Positions 1 through 10,614 of a stretch of 64,000 nucleotides of DNA are shown here, piece by piece. The notes under the pieces were generated by a model. It saw only the letters and a program-made list of their open reading frames with translations, was not told the DNA's origin and did no database searches. Source of the DNA: Candidatus Krumholzibacteriota bacterium (GTDB lineage: Bacteria; Krumholzibacteriota; Krumholzibacteriia; LZORAL124-64-63); NCBI GenBank assembly GCA_022711765.1, contig JAKLEB010000001.1:724694-788693 (forward strand), given 5' to 3'. How positions within the stretch are numbered: the first letter of the stretch is position 1; the number at the start of each line of letters is the position of its first letter. The translations under genes and the position numbers were made by a program.

Positions 1-1108
1 TGACCACCTTCACGAGGCCGCGGTAGCTGCTGCGGCCGCGGTCCTTGCTGATGGACTTGCTGATGATGCGGCTCGACGTGTTGGGCGCCGCATGGATCAT
101 CTTGGCGCCGGCGTCCTGGTGCTGGCCGTTGCCCGCGTAGGCGATCGAGAGCACCTCGCCGTGGGCCCGCTCCCCGAGCAGGTGAACCGCGGGGTACTTC
201 ATCGTCAGCTTCGAGCCGAGGTTCCCGTCGACCCACTCGACGACGGCGTCGCGATACGCGAACGCCCGCTTGGTCACCAGGTTGAAGACGTTGTTCGACC
301 AGTTCTGGATCGTGGTGTACCGGATGTGCGCGCCGGGCAGCGCGATCAGCTCCACGACCGCGGAGTGCAGGCTGTTCGTGGAGTAGACGGGCGCCGTGCA
401 GCCCTCGATGTAATGCACGCTCGAGCCCTCGTCGGCGATGATCAGCGTGCGCTCGAACTGGCCCATGTTCTGGGTATTGATGCGGAAGTAGGCCTGGAGC
501 GGGATCGCGACCTTGGTGTTCCTCGGCACGTAGATGAACGAACCGCCGGACCACACCGCGCTGTTGAGCGCCGCGAATTTGTTGTCGTCGGGCGGGATCA
601 CCGTGGCGAAGTACTGCTTCACGAGGTCATGGTGCAGTTTCAGGCCGCTATCCATGTCGGTGAACAGGACGCCCAGATCCGTGAGCTCCTTCTGGATCGA
701 ATGGTAGACCACCTCGGATTCGTACTGCGCGGTCACGCCCGCGAGGAACTTCTGCTCCGCCTCGGGGATGCCCAGCTTGGTGAAGGTGCGCTTGATGTTC
801 TCCGGCACGTCGGCCCAGTCGCTCGCCGAACCCTCGGACGACCGCACGTAGTAGTGGATGTCGGCGAAGTCGATCGAGCGCAGCAGCTCCTGGTTGCCCC
901 AGCGCGGCATCGGCTTCGCGAGGAACGTGTCCAGGGCCTGGTGGCGGAACGACCGCATCCAGTCCGGCTCCTGCTTGAACCGCGAGATCATCTCCACGGT
1001 CTCGTGGCTGAGGCCCTTCGGCGCCTTGTGCAGGAACTCCTCCGGGTCGTTGAAGCCGTACTTCTCCAGGTAGTCGAGATTCAGGTCGGCAATACGGTCG
1101 GCAGCCAT
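1..1108 (-). CDS. sufB: Fe-S cluster assembly protein SufB; N-terminal ~369 aa present, C-terminus runs off the window start
   Basis: Not in the ORF track because there is no in-window stop. Hand translation of the reverse strand from the ATG at 1108-1106 gives [33 protein letters not shown]...[50 protein letters not shown]..., a typical SufB sequence. It lies 5 nt downstream of the sufC stop. Confidence 0.85.
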   Translation of the reverse strand, partial: MAADRIADLNLDYLEKYGFNDPEEFLHKAPKGLSHETVEMISRFKQEPDWMRSFRHQALDTFLAKPMPRWGNQELLRSIDFADIHYYVRSSEGSASDWADVPENIKRTFTKLGIPEAEQKFLAGVTAQYESEVVYHSIQKELTDLGVLFTDMDSGLKLHHDLVKQYFATVIPPDDNKFAALNSAVWSGGSFIYVPRNTKVAIPLQAYFRINTQNMGQFERTLIIADEGSSVHYIEGCTAPVYSTNSLHSAVVELIALPGAHIRYTTIQNWSNNVFNLVTKRAFAYRDAVVEWVDGNLGSKLTMKYPAVHLLGERAHGEVLSIAYAGNGQHQDAGAKMIHAAPNTSSRIISKSISKDRGRSSYRGLVKVV

Positions 1109-1113
1109 GGCGG

Positions 1114-1890
1114 TCATCCTCTCGCGGTGGCGGTGGGCGCGGGATCGGCGAGCCAGTCGTAGCCGCGCGTCTCGAGCTCCCGCGCCAGTTCCGGGCCGGC
1201 CGTGCGAACGATGCGGCCGCCCATGAAGACGTGGACGATGTCGGGCTGCACGTAGTCGAGGATCCGCTGGTAGTGGGTCACGAGCAAGAGACCCATCTCG
1301 GCGCGAGCGGCCAGGTTCACGCCGGCCGACACGATCTTGAGGGCGTCGATGTCGAGCCCGCTGTCGGTCTCGTCGAGCAGGGCGACGGCCGGCTCCAGCA
1401 GCAGCATCTGCATGACCTCGAGCCGCTTCTTCTCGCCGCCGGAGAACCCGTCGTTGAGGTAGCGCCCGGTGAAGTTCTTCGGCACCTCGAGCACGTCGAA
1501 CGCCGCCTGCATCTTCTGCCGGAACTCGCGGACCGGCACCTCGCGGCCGAGGCGGGCGGCGAGAGCGGCGCGCAGGAAGCTGGCCACGGTCACGCCGGGG
1601 ACGGCGACGGGATACTGGAACCCGAGGAAGAGACCGCGACGGGCGCGCTCGTCCGGCGACAGCCCGGCGATCGGTTCGCCGCGCAGGAGGATCTCCCCCT
1701 CGACGCGATAGGCCGGATGGCCCATCAGCGCCGCAGCCAGGGTCGACTTGCCCGAGCCGTTGGGACCCATGAGTGCGTGCTTCTCGCCCGTCCTGATCTC
1801 GAGGTCGACACCCTTGACGATCTCCTTGTCGTCGACGAAGACTCGCAGGTCGCGACAGGACAGCAGGCGTTCGTTCGTCGGCAGATTCAT
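1114..1890 (-). CDS. sufC: Fe-S cluster assembly ATPase SufC
   Basis: Internal Met of track ORF 1114..2433 ([10 protein letters not shown]...). Walker [13 protein letters not shown] signature FSGGEKKR, Walker [11 protein letters not shown], 258 aa. The upstream 180 codons of the track ORF are GC-driven read-through. Confidence 0.9.
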   Translation of the reverse strand: MNLPTNERLLSCRDLRVFVDDKEIVKGVDLEIRTGEKHALMGPNGSGKSTLAAALMGHPAYRVEGEILLRGEPIAGLSPDERARRGLFLGFQYPVAVPGVTVASFLRAALAARLGREVPVREFRQKMQAAFDVLEVPKNFTGRYLNDGFSGGEKKRLEVMQMLLLEPAVALLDETDSGLDIDALKIVSAGVNLAARAEMGLLLVTHYQRILDYVQPDIVHVFMGGRIVRTAGPELARELETRGYDWLADPAPTATARG

Positions 1891-1895
1891 GCGCG

Positions 1896-2402
1896 TCAGG
1901 CTCCTTCGGACAGGGTGCGTGCGGAATCGCGGTCGTCCGGGTCGTCTTCGATCAGCGGCCAGACGCCCTGCAGCTGGGCATCGACGCTGTGTTCGAGGCG
2001 CAGGAGGTCGGCGACGCTGGTCTGGTCGAGCAATTCGGCAACCTGTTGCTGCAGGTGTCGCCAGACCGCGCGCAGGCCGCAGTCGCCGGTGCGCGGACAG
2101 CCGCCGCTGTTTTCGGGATTGCTCACGCAGGGATGGTCGGGGGCCGGGTCGCCGCCCAGCGCGCGCAGGACCCGGGCCGTCGAGATCTCGCCGGCCGGCG
2201 CCGCGAGCGTGTACCCGCCGTGACGGCCACGAGCCGCCTCGACCACCCCGCCCCGCCGCAGCTGGCCCAGCAGCTTGGCGACGGTCGGTTCCGGCAGGCT
2301 CTCGAGTTCCGCGAGCTGGCCGAGCGTCAGCTGCTCCCCCGCAGCCGCCAGCCGCATGACCAGCCGGGTCGCCTGGTCTTCCGCCTTCGTGATTCTCAAC
2401 AT
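1896..2402 (-). CDS. Rrf2-family transcriptional regulator (IscR/SufR-like) heading the suf operon
   Basis: Internal Met of ORF 1896..2456 ([18 protein letters not shown]...HGGYTLA), Rrf2 wHTH signature, Cys cluster in the C-terminal half ([17 protein letters not shown]). It sits directly upstream of sufC-sufB on the same strand. Confidence 0.8.
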   Translation of the reverse strand: MLRITKAEDQATRLVMRLAAAGEQLTLGQLAELESLPEPTVAKLLGQLRRGGVVEAARGRHGGYTLAAPAGEISTARVLRALGGDPAPDHPCVSNPENSGGCPRTGDCGLRAVWRHLQQQVAELLDQTSVADLLRLEHSVDAQLQGVWPLIEDDPDDRDSARTLSEGA

Positions 2403-2651
2403 GATCACTCGCCTCCAGCGAGGAGCGCGGCACTCTGGTCTCGTGGTCGCGGTCAATTCGGACTCATGTTATCTCAATCACCAAGGTAAATACAATACTA
2501 ATTATGTCAATAATAAATCGCCAGCGTAGCCAACGGGCGGGGAATTCGGGAATTGCGCCTGTTGACGGCAGGCAGTCAGTGTTATCTTTCGCTCCCGGTC
2601 GGGCGCCCAGCCGGCGCCGGACCTGGCCGTCGAACCCCCGGGAGCTGGTCC
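2403..2651. promoter_or_regulatory. Divergent intergenic control region between rrf2-sufCB and the ferredoxin-NADP reductase gene, with a locally AT-rich core
   Basis: The segment around 2460-2520 (tcatgttatctcaatcaccaaggtaaatacaatactaattatgtcaataataaatcg) is strikingly AT-rich for a 70% GC genome. The motif gttatct occurs twice (about 2466 and about 2580) and aattcgg twice (about 2455 and about 2543). Confidence 0.45.
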
Positions 2652-3467
2652 ATGGACTCCGAACCGAACGCCACCGTCACGATGCGCTACGAGATCAATC
2701 ACGGCCTGCTCGTGCTGCAGGTGACCCCGGACGAGGAGATGCTGCCGTTCGTCGCGGGCCAGTACACGACCCTGGGCCTTCCCGGTGCGGCGCCCCGCCA
2801 TTACGCGGCCGAGCCCGAGGATCCGCCGGCAGACCCGGCGAGGGTCATCAAGCGGGCCTACTCGATCGCGTCCTCCAGCCTGCAGGGCCGGTACTTCGAG
2901 TTCTTCGTGGCCCTGGTGCGGACGGGGGCGCTCACGCCGCGCCTGTTCGCGCTCGAGCAAGGCGACCGGGTGTTCCTCGGCCGCCGGATCGTCGGCATGT
3001 TCACGTTGGGCGACGTGCCGCCCGGCAAGGACGTCGTCTTCGTCGCGACCGGGACCGGACTGGCCCCCTACCTCAGCATGCTTCGCTCCCGGTACGCGTT
3101 CGACGCCGGCCAGCGCACGGTCGTGGTCCACGGCAGCCGCGTGTCCTACGACCTCGGCTACCGCAGCGAGCTGGAGGGGCTGGCCGCGCGCTACCCGTCC
3201 TTCCACTACCTGCCGATCATCGACCGCCCTGACCGGGATCCCGGCTGGACCGGACAGGTCGGCTTCGTCGACCGCTACTTCGCGGACGGCACGGTCAGCC
3301 GCTCGCTCGGCCACCCGATCACTCCGGAGAACACGGTCGTCTTCCTGTGCGGCAACCCGCTGATGGTGCAGGGCATGATGGCGTACCTGGGCGCGCTCGG
3401 GTTCCGGCGGCACACCCGGAAGGAGCCGGGCCACCTGTTCGTCGAGGAATTCTGGAAGGAAGACTGA
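2652..3467 (+). CDS. ferredoxin-NADP+ reductase (plant-type FNR/FPR family)
   Basis: Internal Met of ORF 2553..3467 (MDSEPNATVTMRYEI...). FAD-binding RAYSIAS motif and NAD(P)-binding GTGLAP motif. 271 aa. Confidence 0.8.
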   Translation: MDSEPNATVTMRYEINHGLLVLQVTPDEEMLPFVAGQYTTLGLPGAAPRHYAAEPEDPPADPARVIKRAYSIASSSLQGRYFEFFVALVRTGALTPRLFALEQGDRVFLGRRIVGMFTLGDVPPGKDVVFVATGTGLAPYLSMLRSRYAFDAGQRTVVVHGSRVSYDLGYRSELEGLAARYPSFHYLPIIDRPDRDPGWTGQVGFVDRYFADGTVSRSLGHPITPENTVVFLCGNPLMVQGMMAYLGALGFRRHTRKEPGHLFVEEFWKED

Positions 3468-3590
3468 CGGCCCGACGGCGCTCCCACCGGCCCGGCGCAG
3501 GCGAAAATATGTACGCCACGGCGCGCGGGATGGGTTATGCTGTGGCGACCGAAGATGCGCACGATCGCTCAAGGAGAATCAGGACCCGCC

Positions 3591-4721
3591 ATGCACGACC
3601 AGCCCGCCAGCCAGGACTTCGCCGACGACGACACGCCGCAGGAATCCGCCGAATTCGCCGAGCTCCTCGCCGCCAGCGAAGCGAGCCGCCCCGATCCCAA
3701 GCCGGGCGACCGGGTGACCGGCACGGTCGTCCAGATCACCGCCACCGAGGTTTTCGTCGACGTGGGGGCCCGCCACGAGCTCCCCATGTCGCTCGACGAC
3801 TTCCGCGGGCCGGACGGCGCCCTGCTCTGCCAGGAGGGGCAGTCCGTGTCGGCCTACGTGATCAAGACGACCGACGGTCTCGGCCTCGCGAAAACGGTCC
3901 ACCCGGGGGACGCCGGCAAGCGGGCGCTGCAGGCCCTGCAGGCCGCGCAGGCGGCGAATGCGCCGGTCGAGGGCAAGATCACGAGCACGAACAAGGGCGG
4001 CTTCACCGTCGATCTCGGCGGACAGCGAGGCTTCTGCCCCTTCAGCCAGATGGACCTGCGGCGCATCCAGGATCCCGAGCCATTCGTCGGCACCAGCCAG
4101 CGGTTCCTGATCCTCGAGATCTCGGCGGACGGCCGCAACATCGTGCTGTCGCGCCGGGCCTTGCTGCAGCGCGAGCGCGAGGAGAAGGCTGCCAGCATCC
4201 GGCAGTCGCTCGCCGTCGGCGCGATCTTCACGGGCCAGGTGACGCGGCTGATGCCCTACGGTGCGTTCGTCGACATCGGGGGCGTCGAGGGCCTGGTCCA
4301 CATCTCCCAGATCTGCCACCAGCGCATCAGCGATCCCGCGGAGATCCTGCGGGAGGGCCAGGAGGTGCGCGTCGAGGTGGTCGAGATCCAGCACCCGGGC
4401 GAGAACCGCCGGGAGCGGGTCAGCCTGTCGATGAAGAGCCTGGCGACCGACCCCTGGCCCGCGGAGGCCGCCGCGATCCCGGTCGGGCAGGACACGCAGG
4501 GGACGATCACCCGGCTCGTCGACTTCGGTGCCTTCGTCCTGCTGAAGCAGGGCATCGAGGGACTGGTGCACATCAGCGAGCTCGCGGACCGGCGCCTGGT
4601 GCATCCGCGCGAGGTCGTCAAGGAGGGGGACGAGATCACGGTCCGCGTCCTGGAGATCGACCCGCACCGGCGCCGCATCTCGCTCTCGCGGCGTCAGGCG
4701 GGCGACTACGCCGGCGACTGA
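3591..4721 (+). CDS. multi-S1-domain RNA-binding protein (four S1 repeats, ribosomal protein S1-like)
   Basis: Internal Met of ORF 3537..4721, with AAGGAGA 13 nt upstream. Repeated GxV motifs followed by [16 protein letters not shown] and GLVHISEL blocks, typical of tandem S1 domains. Acidic N-terminal tail. Confidence 0.7.
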   Translation: MHDQPASQDFADDDTPQESAEFAELLAASEASRPDPKPGDRVTGTVVQITATEVFVDVGARHELPMSLDDFRGPDGALLCQEGQSVSAYVIKTTDGLGLAKTVHPGDAGKRALQALQAAQAANAPVEGKITSTNKGGFTVDLGGQRGFCPFSQMDLRRIQDPEPFVGTSQRFLILEISADGRNIVLSRRALLQREREEKAASIRQSLAVGAIFTGQVTRLMPYGAFVDIGGVEGLVHISQICHQRISDPAEILREGQEVRVEVVEIQHPGENRRERVSLSMKSLATDPWPAEAAAIPVGQDTQGTITRLVDFGAFVLLKQGIEGLVHISELADRRLVHPREVVKEGDEITVRVLEIDPHRRRISLSRRQAGDYAGD

Positions 4722-5674
4722 CGGCTCAGCGCCAGCATGCGATCCAGCGGCACGACCGCCCGCCGGCCGAGCGCGGGGTCGACCGTCAGCTCCGGACTGC
4801 GGTCGCGCATGCAGGCCAGCAGCTTGGCGATCGTGTTCTTGCGCATGTGCGGGCACAGGTTGCAGCTGCAGGTCTCGTCGGCTCCCGGCGCGGGGATGAG
4901 GGCCTTGTCGGGATTCTCCTTCTGCATCTGGTGCAAGATGCCCGCCTCGGTCACCACGATGATCTCGCGCGCCGGCGTCCGCCGCGCGAAGGCCAGGATG
5001 CTGCTGGTCGAACCCACGTGGTCGGCCTGGTCGAGGATGATCTCCGGACATTCGGGGTGAGCGGCCACGACCGCGTCCGGGTGCGCCTCGCGCAGCTCCT
5101 CCAGGCGGATCGCCGAGAAGACCTCGTGGACCTCGCAGCTGCCCGGCCACAGCACGAGCGGCCGGCCCGTCTCTTTCGCGACCCACCGGCCGAGGAAGCG
5201 ATCCGGCGCGAAGACCAGCGGCTGGTCCGGCGGAAAGCTCTCGACGACGCGGACCGCGTTGCTGCTCGTGCAGATGATGTCGCTGAGGGCCTTGGTCGCG
5301 GCCGAACAGTTGATGTAGCTGACGACCTTGTGGTCGGGATAGCCGGCGAGCCAGGCGGCGAACGCCTCGGCCGGGCAGCCGTCGGCGAGGCTGCAACCGG
5401 CCGTCAGGTCGGGGACCAGGACCAGCTTGTCCGGGTTGAGGATCTTGGCGGTCTCGGCCATGAAGTGAACGCCGGCGAACACGATCACCTCGGCATCGGT
5501 CGCCGCCGCCTGCTGGGCCAGGTAGAGGCTGTCGCCGACGTGGTCGGCGACGTCCTGGATCGCGGGTTCCTGGTAGAAATGCGCCAGGATGACGGCGTGG
5601 AGCTCCCGCCGCAACCGGTCGATCTCGGCGACGACCGCGGGGTCGGCGAAGGGACGGGCGGGCGTGGCGATCAT
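4706..5674 (-). CDS. nadA: quinolinate synthase NadA
   Basis: Internal Met of ORF 4706..5779 (MIATPARPF...). Conserved NadA blocks HFYQ, ILVPD, three Cys for the 4Fe-4S cluster, and the CSCNLCPHM-like C-terminus. The 3' end overlaps the convergent S1 gene by 16 nt. Confidence 0.85.
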   Translation of the reverse strand: MIATPARPFADPAVVAEIDRLRRELHAVILAHFYQEPAIQDVADHVGDSLYLAQQAAATDAEVIVFAGVHFMAETAKILNPDKLVLVPDLTAGCSLADGCPAEAFAAWLAGYPDHKVVSYINCSAATKALSDIICTSSNAVRVVESFPPDQPLVFAPDRFLGRWVAKETGRPLVLWPGSCEVHEVFSAIRLEELREAHPDAVVAAHPECPEIILDQADHVGSTSSILAFARRTPAREIIVVTEAGILHQMQKENPDKALIPAPGADETCSCNLCPHMRKNTIAKLLACMRDRSPELTVDPALGRRAVVPLDRMLALSRQSPA

Positions 5675-5880
5675 GGCGCTGCTTTCGACGGGGTTGTGCG
5701 GTCCAATGTCGTCAAGGGCGCTGGCGCCGGCAAGGGAGAAGCCCTGAGGATCCAAGTGGACTTTCCCCATTCCAGTCATTACTTTTAGCCGTGGTTTACG
5801 GTTTCGGCCGCGACGCGGGACCCTCGCGCCGCGGTTTCGGCCATCCTCCGATGCGAATCCAGCCTGAGGAGTTGCCCACG

Positions 5881-6984
5881 ATGACTGGTGTCCGGGCTAC
5901 CATCCATCGTCCTGCGCTCGCCGGCCTTCTCGCCGTCGGGTCGCTGGGCCTGGCCCTGGCGGTCGGCTGCGGAGACGATGTGAGCGACGTGAGCTTCCCC
6001 GAGCAGCCGGATCCCCCGATCGGCGTCTGGTTCCTCGGCGTCTGGGGCACGGACCCCGACAACGTCTACGTGGTCGGCCAGCCCGGCCTGATCTACCACT
6101 GGAACGGCGACGAGTGGGCTCGCCAGACCAGCGGCACCGAGGTCGCCCTGACCGACGTCTGGGGCGACGGAGCGGGAACGGTCTACATCACCGGCCACCG
6201 CGGGACGGTCCTGCGCCGCAGCTCGGGCGGTGGCTGGTCCGCCATGAACACCGGCACGAGCGCCGACCTCTTCGCGGTCGGCGAGTACCAGGGCACCGTG
6301 ATGGTATGCGGGCGGGACGGGACCCTGCGGCAACTCAGCGGCGGCGGCTGGATCAACGCTCCGGAGGGAATCTACATCCGGGACAACGAGCAGGCCGTGA
6401 CGGACACGCTGGTCCGGAGCGAGGACGTCGAGTCGATCACATCGGTCGCCCACTACGGCGTGACCGCGTCCGAAGGCATCATCCTCATGGACGACCCGGA
6501 GACCGACTGGCTCCTGCGCCGGGTCACCGGCGGCGAGGACTGGGTCACCTGCTCGACCAGCAGCGATCGGCTCTCCGGGAACTTCGTGGCCACCGATGGC
6601 GGCCGGCTGTTCCAGCTGCGCCAAGACGAGAGCGACGCGCTGTCCTGGGAGGAATGGTACAGCCCGGCGCTCGGCGCCGTCGTCTACGGCATCTATACCG
6701 ACGACGCCGATACCGTGTGGGCCGTGACCAACGACGGCAGAATCAACCGGGTCGACCCCCCCGGTCACTCGTTCCGGCCGCTCTACGAGGACGGCCGGGT
6801 CCTCTTCGATATCTGGGGATCCAGCGGCACCAATCTCTACGCGGTCGGCATCGGTGGCCGCGTCCTGCACTTCCACGAGGTCGCCCCCGACGAGTTCGGC
6901 TGGGAGAGCGAAGAGCTGCCGCTGCCCGAGACCAAGAGCCAGACCGAACGGGTGTTCGACAGATTTGGCCGGACCGTTCCCTAG
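5881..6984 (+). CDS. lipoprotein with repetitive beta-propeller-like blades; function unknown
   Basis: Internal Met of ORF 5791..6984, GAGGAG 8 nt upstream. Signal peptide with lipobox LAVGC-G. At least six repeats of the type VY(V/I)(V/T)G...G.(V/I)..W.G..W. Confidence 0.6.
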   Translation: MTGVRATIHRPALAGLLAVGSLGLALAVGCGDDVSDVSFPEQPDPPIGVWFLGVWGTDPDNVYVVGQPGLIYHWNGDEWARQTSGTEVALTDVWGDGAGTVYITGHRGTVLRRSSGGGWSAMNTGTSADLFAVGEYQGTVMVCGRDGTLRQLSGGGWINAPEGIYIRDNEQAVTDTLVRSEDVESITSVAHYGVTASEGIILMDDPETDWLLRRVTGGEDWVTCSTSSDRLSGNFVATDGGRLFQLRQDESDALSWEEWYSPALGAVVYGIYTDDADTVWAVTNDGRINRVDPPGHSFRPLYEDGRVLFDIWGSSGTNLYAVGIGGRVLHFHEVAPDEFGWESEELPLPETKSQTERVFDRFGRTVP

Positions 6985-7063
6985 CCGGCCGCCACGATTC
7001 CCCCGGCGAGCCCGGCCCTCCATAGCCGGGCTCCTTCCTGTACCAACCGCTTGGAGGTCCCTC

Positions 7064-8986
7064 ATGTACCAACGCGCGAATGGCCGAGCGTTCGGTCTCG
7101 CGGTGGCGATCGGCTGCGTGCTGCTGGCGCTGCCCGGCCTCGCCTACACGCCGGACGCCGCGGCGCCCCGGTCCAGCATCCCGACCGAGTACCAGTGGCA
7201 GTGGGGGCAGATCTTCCCCACCATCGAAGCCTGGGAAGCCGAACTGGCCGCATTCGACCAGGACATCCCGAAGCTCATGGAATACCAGGGACGCCTCGGC
7301 GAGTCCAAGGACACCCTGAAGGCCGCCCAGCAGCAGGTCTACGAGATGCTGGACCGCTTCTACCGGCTCATGGTCTATGCGCAGCTGCGGTTCGACATCA
7401 ACCAGGGCGACAACGAGGCGCGGACCTGGCAGGGTCGCGTCCAGCAGCTCGGGCCGAAGTTCGGCCAGGCGACGAGCTGGATGCAGCCCGAGCTGCTGAC
7501 CATTCCGCGCGAGACGATCGAGGGCTGGCTCGCGAGCGACCCCGACATCGCCGAGTGGCGCTTCTATTTCGAGGAGATGTGGCGGCAGGCCGAGCACACC
7601 CTCGACGCCGACGGCGAACGCCTGATGGCCACGACCGGCCGCATGCGCGGCACGCCGAGCGATGCGCACGAGGCTCTGCTGAGCGTCGACATCGAGTTCC
7701 CGGAGATCGTCGGCGCGGACGGGCTTCCCAAGCAGCTGACCCTGAACAACTTCAGCACCCTGCGCGCGTCGCCGACCTACGCGGTGCGCAAGCAAGCCGC
7801 CGAGTCGTTCTTCGGCACCCTGCGCTCCTACGAGAACACGTTCAGCGTGCTGCTCGACGGCGTGGTCAAGAGCCACATCGCCTCGAAGGAGGCGCGCGGG
7901 TACGAGAGCTGCCTGCAGACGGCGCTGTCGCCGGACAACATCTCCGAAGCCACCTACCAGAACCTGATCGCGACGGTCCGCGAGAATCTCCCCAAGACGC
8001 TTCACAAGTACATCGCCCTGCGCAAGAAGGTCCTCGGCCTCGAGACCCCGCTGGACTTCGCGAACCTCTACAACCCGCTGCTCGAGGACGTCGAGAAGCC
8101 GATGACCTACGACGAGGCGATGACCGTCGTCGCCGAAGGACTGCGGCCCCTGGGCAAGGAGTACGTCGATCAGGCGAAGATCGGCATGGATCCCCAAAAC
8201 GGCTGGACCGATGTCTATCCCAACGAGGACAAGCGCTCCGGCGCGTACAGCAACGGCGTGCTCGCCCATGATCTCCACCCGTTCGTGCTCCAGAACTTCG
8301 ACAACACCCTCGACGCCATGTACACCACGGCGCACGAGTACGGCCACGCGATGCACAGCTGGTACAGCAGCCGCAACCAGCCGGCGCAGTACCGCGGGTA
8401 CACGACGTTCCTCGCCGAGGTCGCGTCGACCTGCAACGAGGCGCTGGTGACGAACTACCTGCTCAAGAAGTACAAGGACGACCCGGAGATGACGCTCATG
8501 CTGCTCAACCAGCGGCTCGAGAGCATGCGCCTGACGATCTTCCGGCAGACCCTGTTCGCCGACTTCGAGCTGGCGTTCCACGCGCACGCGGAGGCCGGCA
8601 ACCCGTTGACCGCCGAGTGGCTCAACGCCAAGTACAAGGAACTCATCGAGCTCTACTACGGCCCCGAGTACGAGATGGCGGCCAACGACGAATGCGAGTG
8701 GATGTTCATCCCCCACTTCTACTACGACTTCTACGTGTTCAGCTACGCCACGGGTCTCTGCAGCGGCCTGGCCCTGGCGGAGAACATCTCAGCTCACGGC
8801 GAGAAGCCCGCGCAGCAATACATCGACGGGATGCTCAAGGCCGGCTCCAGCGCGCCGCCGCTGGACATCCTGCGCACTGCCGGCGTCGACCTCGAGACCC
8901 CGGCGCCGATCCAGAGCGCCATGGATCTCTTCGCCGCGACGCTGGCCGAGTTCGAGCGGACCTGGATCAAGGCCAACAAGCAATAG
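7064..8986 (+). CDS. pepF: oligoendopeptidase F (peptidase M3B) with an N-terminal signal peptide
   Basis: Internal Met of ORF 6854..8986 (MYQRANGRAFGLAVAIGCVLLALPGLAYT). HEYGH zinc motif. Length and conserved blocks match M3B PepF. Cleavable signal-like N-terminus, which is unusual because PepF is usually cytoplasmic. Confidence 0.8.
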   Translation: MYQRANGRAFGLAVAIGCVLLALPGLAYTPDAAAPRSSIPTEYQWQWGQIFPTIEAWEAELAAFDQDIPKLMEYQGRLGESKDTLKAAQQQVYEMLDRFYRLMVYAQLRFDINQGDNEARTWQGRVQQLGPKFGQATSWMQPELLTIPRETIEGWLASDPDIAEWRFYFEEMWRQAEHTLDADGERLMATTGRMRGTPSDAHEALLSVDIEFPEIVGADGLPKQLTLNNFSTLRASPTYAVRKQAAESFFGTLRSYENTFSVLLDGVVKSHIASKEARGYESCLQTALSPDNISEATYQNLIATVRENLPKTLHKYIALRKKVLGLETPLDFANLYNPLLEDVEKPMTYDEAMTVVAEGLRPLGKEYVDQAKIGMDPQNGWTDVYPNEDKRSGAYSNGVLAHDLHPFVLQNFDNTLDAMYTTAHEYGHAMHSWYSSRNQPAQYRGYTTFLAEVASTCNEALVTNYLLKKYKDDPEMTLMLLNQRLESMRLTIFRQTLFADFELAFHAHAEAGNPLTAEWLNAKYKELIELYYGPEYEMAANDECEWMFIPHFYYDFYVFSYATGLCSGLALAENISAHGEKPAQQYIDGMLKAGSSAPPLDILRTAGVDLETPAPIQSAMDLFAATLAEFERTWIKANKQ

Positions 8987-9020
8987 GGCCCGCCGGCAGG
9001 CGCCGGCTCACGAGCCCGCC

Positions 9021-9049
9021 GAGCCCCCGGCCGCCGCGGCCGGGGGCTC
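9021..9049 (+). terminator. GC-rich perfect hairpin downstream of pepF
   Basis: gagcccccggccg-ccg-cggccgggggctc, a 13 bp perfect inverted repeat beginning 32 nt after the pepF stop, followed by a U-containing tract cgtcgtctct. Confidence 0.55.
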
Positions 9050-9085
9050 CGTCGTCTCTGGCCACGCGTGGGCCACTGGCGAAAG

Positions 9086-9162
9086 TGGTAGGCCGCCCCG
9101 GAATCGAACCGGGCACCCCCTGCTTAAAAGGCAGGTGCTCTAACCTGATGAGCTAGCGGCCC
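9086..9162 (-). tRNA. tRNA-Lys (anticodon UUU)
   Basis: Reverse complement reads GGGCCGCTAGCTCATCAGGTTAGAGCACCTGCC-TTTTAAG-GCAGGGGGTGCCCGGTTCGATTCCGGGGCGGCCTACCA. Cloverleaf fits, with a GGTTCGATTCC T-arm, a 7-nt anticodon loop cTTTTaa, and an encoded CCA. Confidence 0.9.
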
Positions 9163-9172
9163 TCGATCGGTC

Positions 9173-9194
9173 GGCGCGCTCCCTTCGGCGCGCC
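9173..9194 (-). terminator. hairpin between the purA stop and tRNA-Lys
   Basis: ggcgcgc-tcccttcg-gcgcgcc inverted repeat, 24 nt downstream of the purA stop on the transcribed strand. There is no U-tract, so the evidence is weak. Confidence 0.3.
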
Positions 9195-9217
9195 CGGCTC
9201 GCGGCATAGCGACAGCG

Positions 9218-10513
9218 CTACGCGGTGACGCCGGTCGGCGTCATGACCATCTGCTCCCGGCTCTTGCCCACCGAGATCCCGACGACGAGAACCCCGAGCG
9301 ACCGCTCCAGGTACTCCAGGTACTTCCGGGCGTTGGCCGGCAGGTCGGCGAGGCGGCGGCACTTGCCGAGCGGCTTCTCCCAGCCCGGCAGCTCCTTCAG
9401 CACCGGGCGCACCCGACAGCTCTCGTCCGGGCGGATCGGGAAGTCGTCTCGGCGTTCGCCGTCCAGATCGTACGCCTCGGCGACCTTCACGACCGGCAGC
9501 GCGTCCAGCACATCGAGCTTGGTGATCACGAGTCCGACGAGTCCGTTGACCCCGACGGCGTACCGGCCGGCCACCAGGTCGAACCAGCCGCAGCGGCGCG
9601 GCCGACCGGTCGTCGCCCCGTATTCGCGCCCCAGGGTGCGCAGCTGCTCGCCTTCCTCGGCGCGCAGCTCGGTCGGAAACGGCCCATTGCCGACTCGGGT
9701 GCAGTACGCCTTGAACACGCCCACGACTTCGCCGAGGCAACGCGCCGGCAGGCCGGTACCGGTGAGCGCCCCACCGACGGTGGAGTTGCTGCTGGTCACG
9801 AAGGGATAGGTCCCGTGATCGATATCCAGCAGCGTGCCCTGCGCGCCCTCGAAGAGCGCCGATTCGCGGCCCTCGCGCACGCCGCGCAGCGCCGAGTAAC
9901 CGTCGACGATCAGGGGGCGCAGCGACTGGGCCAGGACCACCAGCTCCTCGGCCAACACCTTGGCCGGGAGCGGCTCGGCGTCGAAGGTCTTGGCGAGCAC
10001 CTCGTTGGCCTCGAGGATGTGCTCGATCGCGGCGCGTTCCAGCTTCTCCAGGGGCGCCGTCAGGTCGCCGAAACGCAGCCCGGCGCGGGCCAGCTTGTCC
10101 TGGTAGGCCGGACCGATGCCGCGTCCGGTCGTGCCGATCGACTTGCGCTTGCGCTGGATCTCGCGCAATTCGTCGAACCGCTTGTGGTACGGCATCAGCA
10201 GCTGCGCGGCGCTCGAGACGTGCAGGCGATTGCGGACCCGGACGCCCTGCTCCTCGAGCGCGAGGATCTCGTCGCGGAGCGCCCAGGGGTCGATGACCAT
10301 TCCGTTGCCCAGATAGCAGCGCACCGCCTCCCGGAAGATCCCCGACGGGACCAGGTGCAGCACGTGCTCGCGGGCGCCGACCTGGATGGTATGGCCGGCG
10401 TTGGCGCCGCCCTGGTACCGGATGACCCAGTCGTAGCCTTCGCCGAGGGCGTCGATGACCTTGCCCTTGCCCTCGTCACCCCACTGCCCCCCGATGATGA
10501 CCCGATTCTCCAC
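9218..10513 (-). CDS. purA: adenylosuccinate synthetase PurA
   Basis: GTG start inferred inside ORF 9218..10681 (VENRVIIGGQWGDEGKGK aligns with the canonical PurA N-terminus). Contains the GTTGRGIGPAY and KLDVLD motifs. 432 aa. Confidence 0.85.
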   Translation of the reverse strand: MENRVIIGGQWGDEGKGKVIDALGEGYDWVIRYQGGANAGHTIQVGAREHVLHLVPSGIFREAVRCYLGNGMVIDPWALRDEILALEEQGVRVRNRLHVSSAAQLLMPYHKRFDELREIQRKRKSIGTTGRGIGPAYQDKLARAGLRFGDLTAPLEKLERAAIEHILEANEVLAKTFDAEPLPAKVLAEELVVLAQSLRPLIVDGYSALRGVREGRESALFEGAQGTLLDIDHGTYPFVTSSNSTVGGALTGTGLPARCLGEVVGVFKAYCTRVGNGPFPTELRAEEGEQLRTLGREYGATTGRPRRCGWFDLVAGRYAVGVNGLVGLVITKLDVLDALPVVKVAEAYDLDGERRDDFPIRPDESCRVRPVLKELPGWEKPLGKCRRLADLPANARKYLEYLERSLGVLVVGISVGKSREQMVMTPTGVTA

Positions 10514-10588
10514 GGCATCTCCTCGCCCGCTGGTCGGAATCGCCCGCCGGACGCCAAAAAAAGAGCCCACACCGGGGCCTGGCACTGC

Positions 10589-10611
10589 GGACCGGGCCGA
10601 CGGCCCGGTCC
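10589..10611 (-). terminator. hairpin immediately after the small CxxCH gene
   Basis: ggaccgggcc-gac-ggcccggtcc, a 10 bp perfect inverted repeat 4 nt past the stop at 10615. A T7 run on the transcribed strand (A-run 10556-10562) lies about 26 nt further downstream, ahead of the purA start. Confidence 0.4.
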
Positions 10612-10614
10612 CCG

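Noticed and set aside
92-1162. 356-aa plus-strand ORF overlapping sufB
   Set aside because: It is antisense to a gene with unmistakable SufB sequence. Its composition is Arg/Ala/Gly/Val-rich, typical of GC-driven open frames, with no recognisable domain.
3347-5788. 813-aa plus-strand ORF and 605-aa minus-strand ORF (3579..5396) spanning the S1 and nadA genes
   Set aside because: They overlap two well-supported genes in other frames or strands and are low-complexity RGPA-rich translations. They are stop-codon-poor artefacts of 70% GC.
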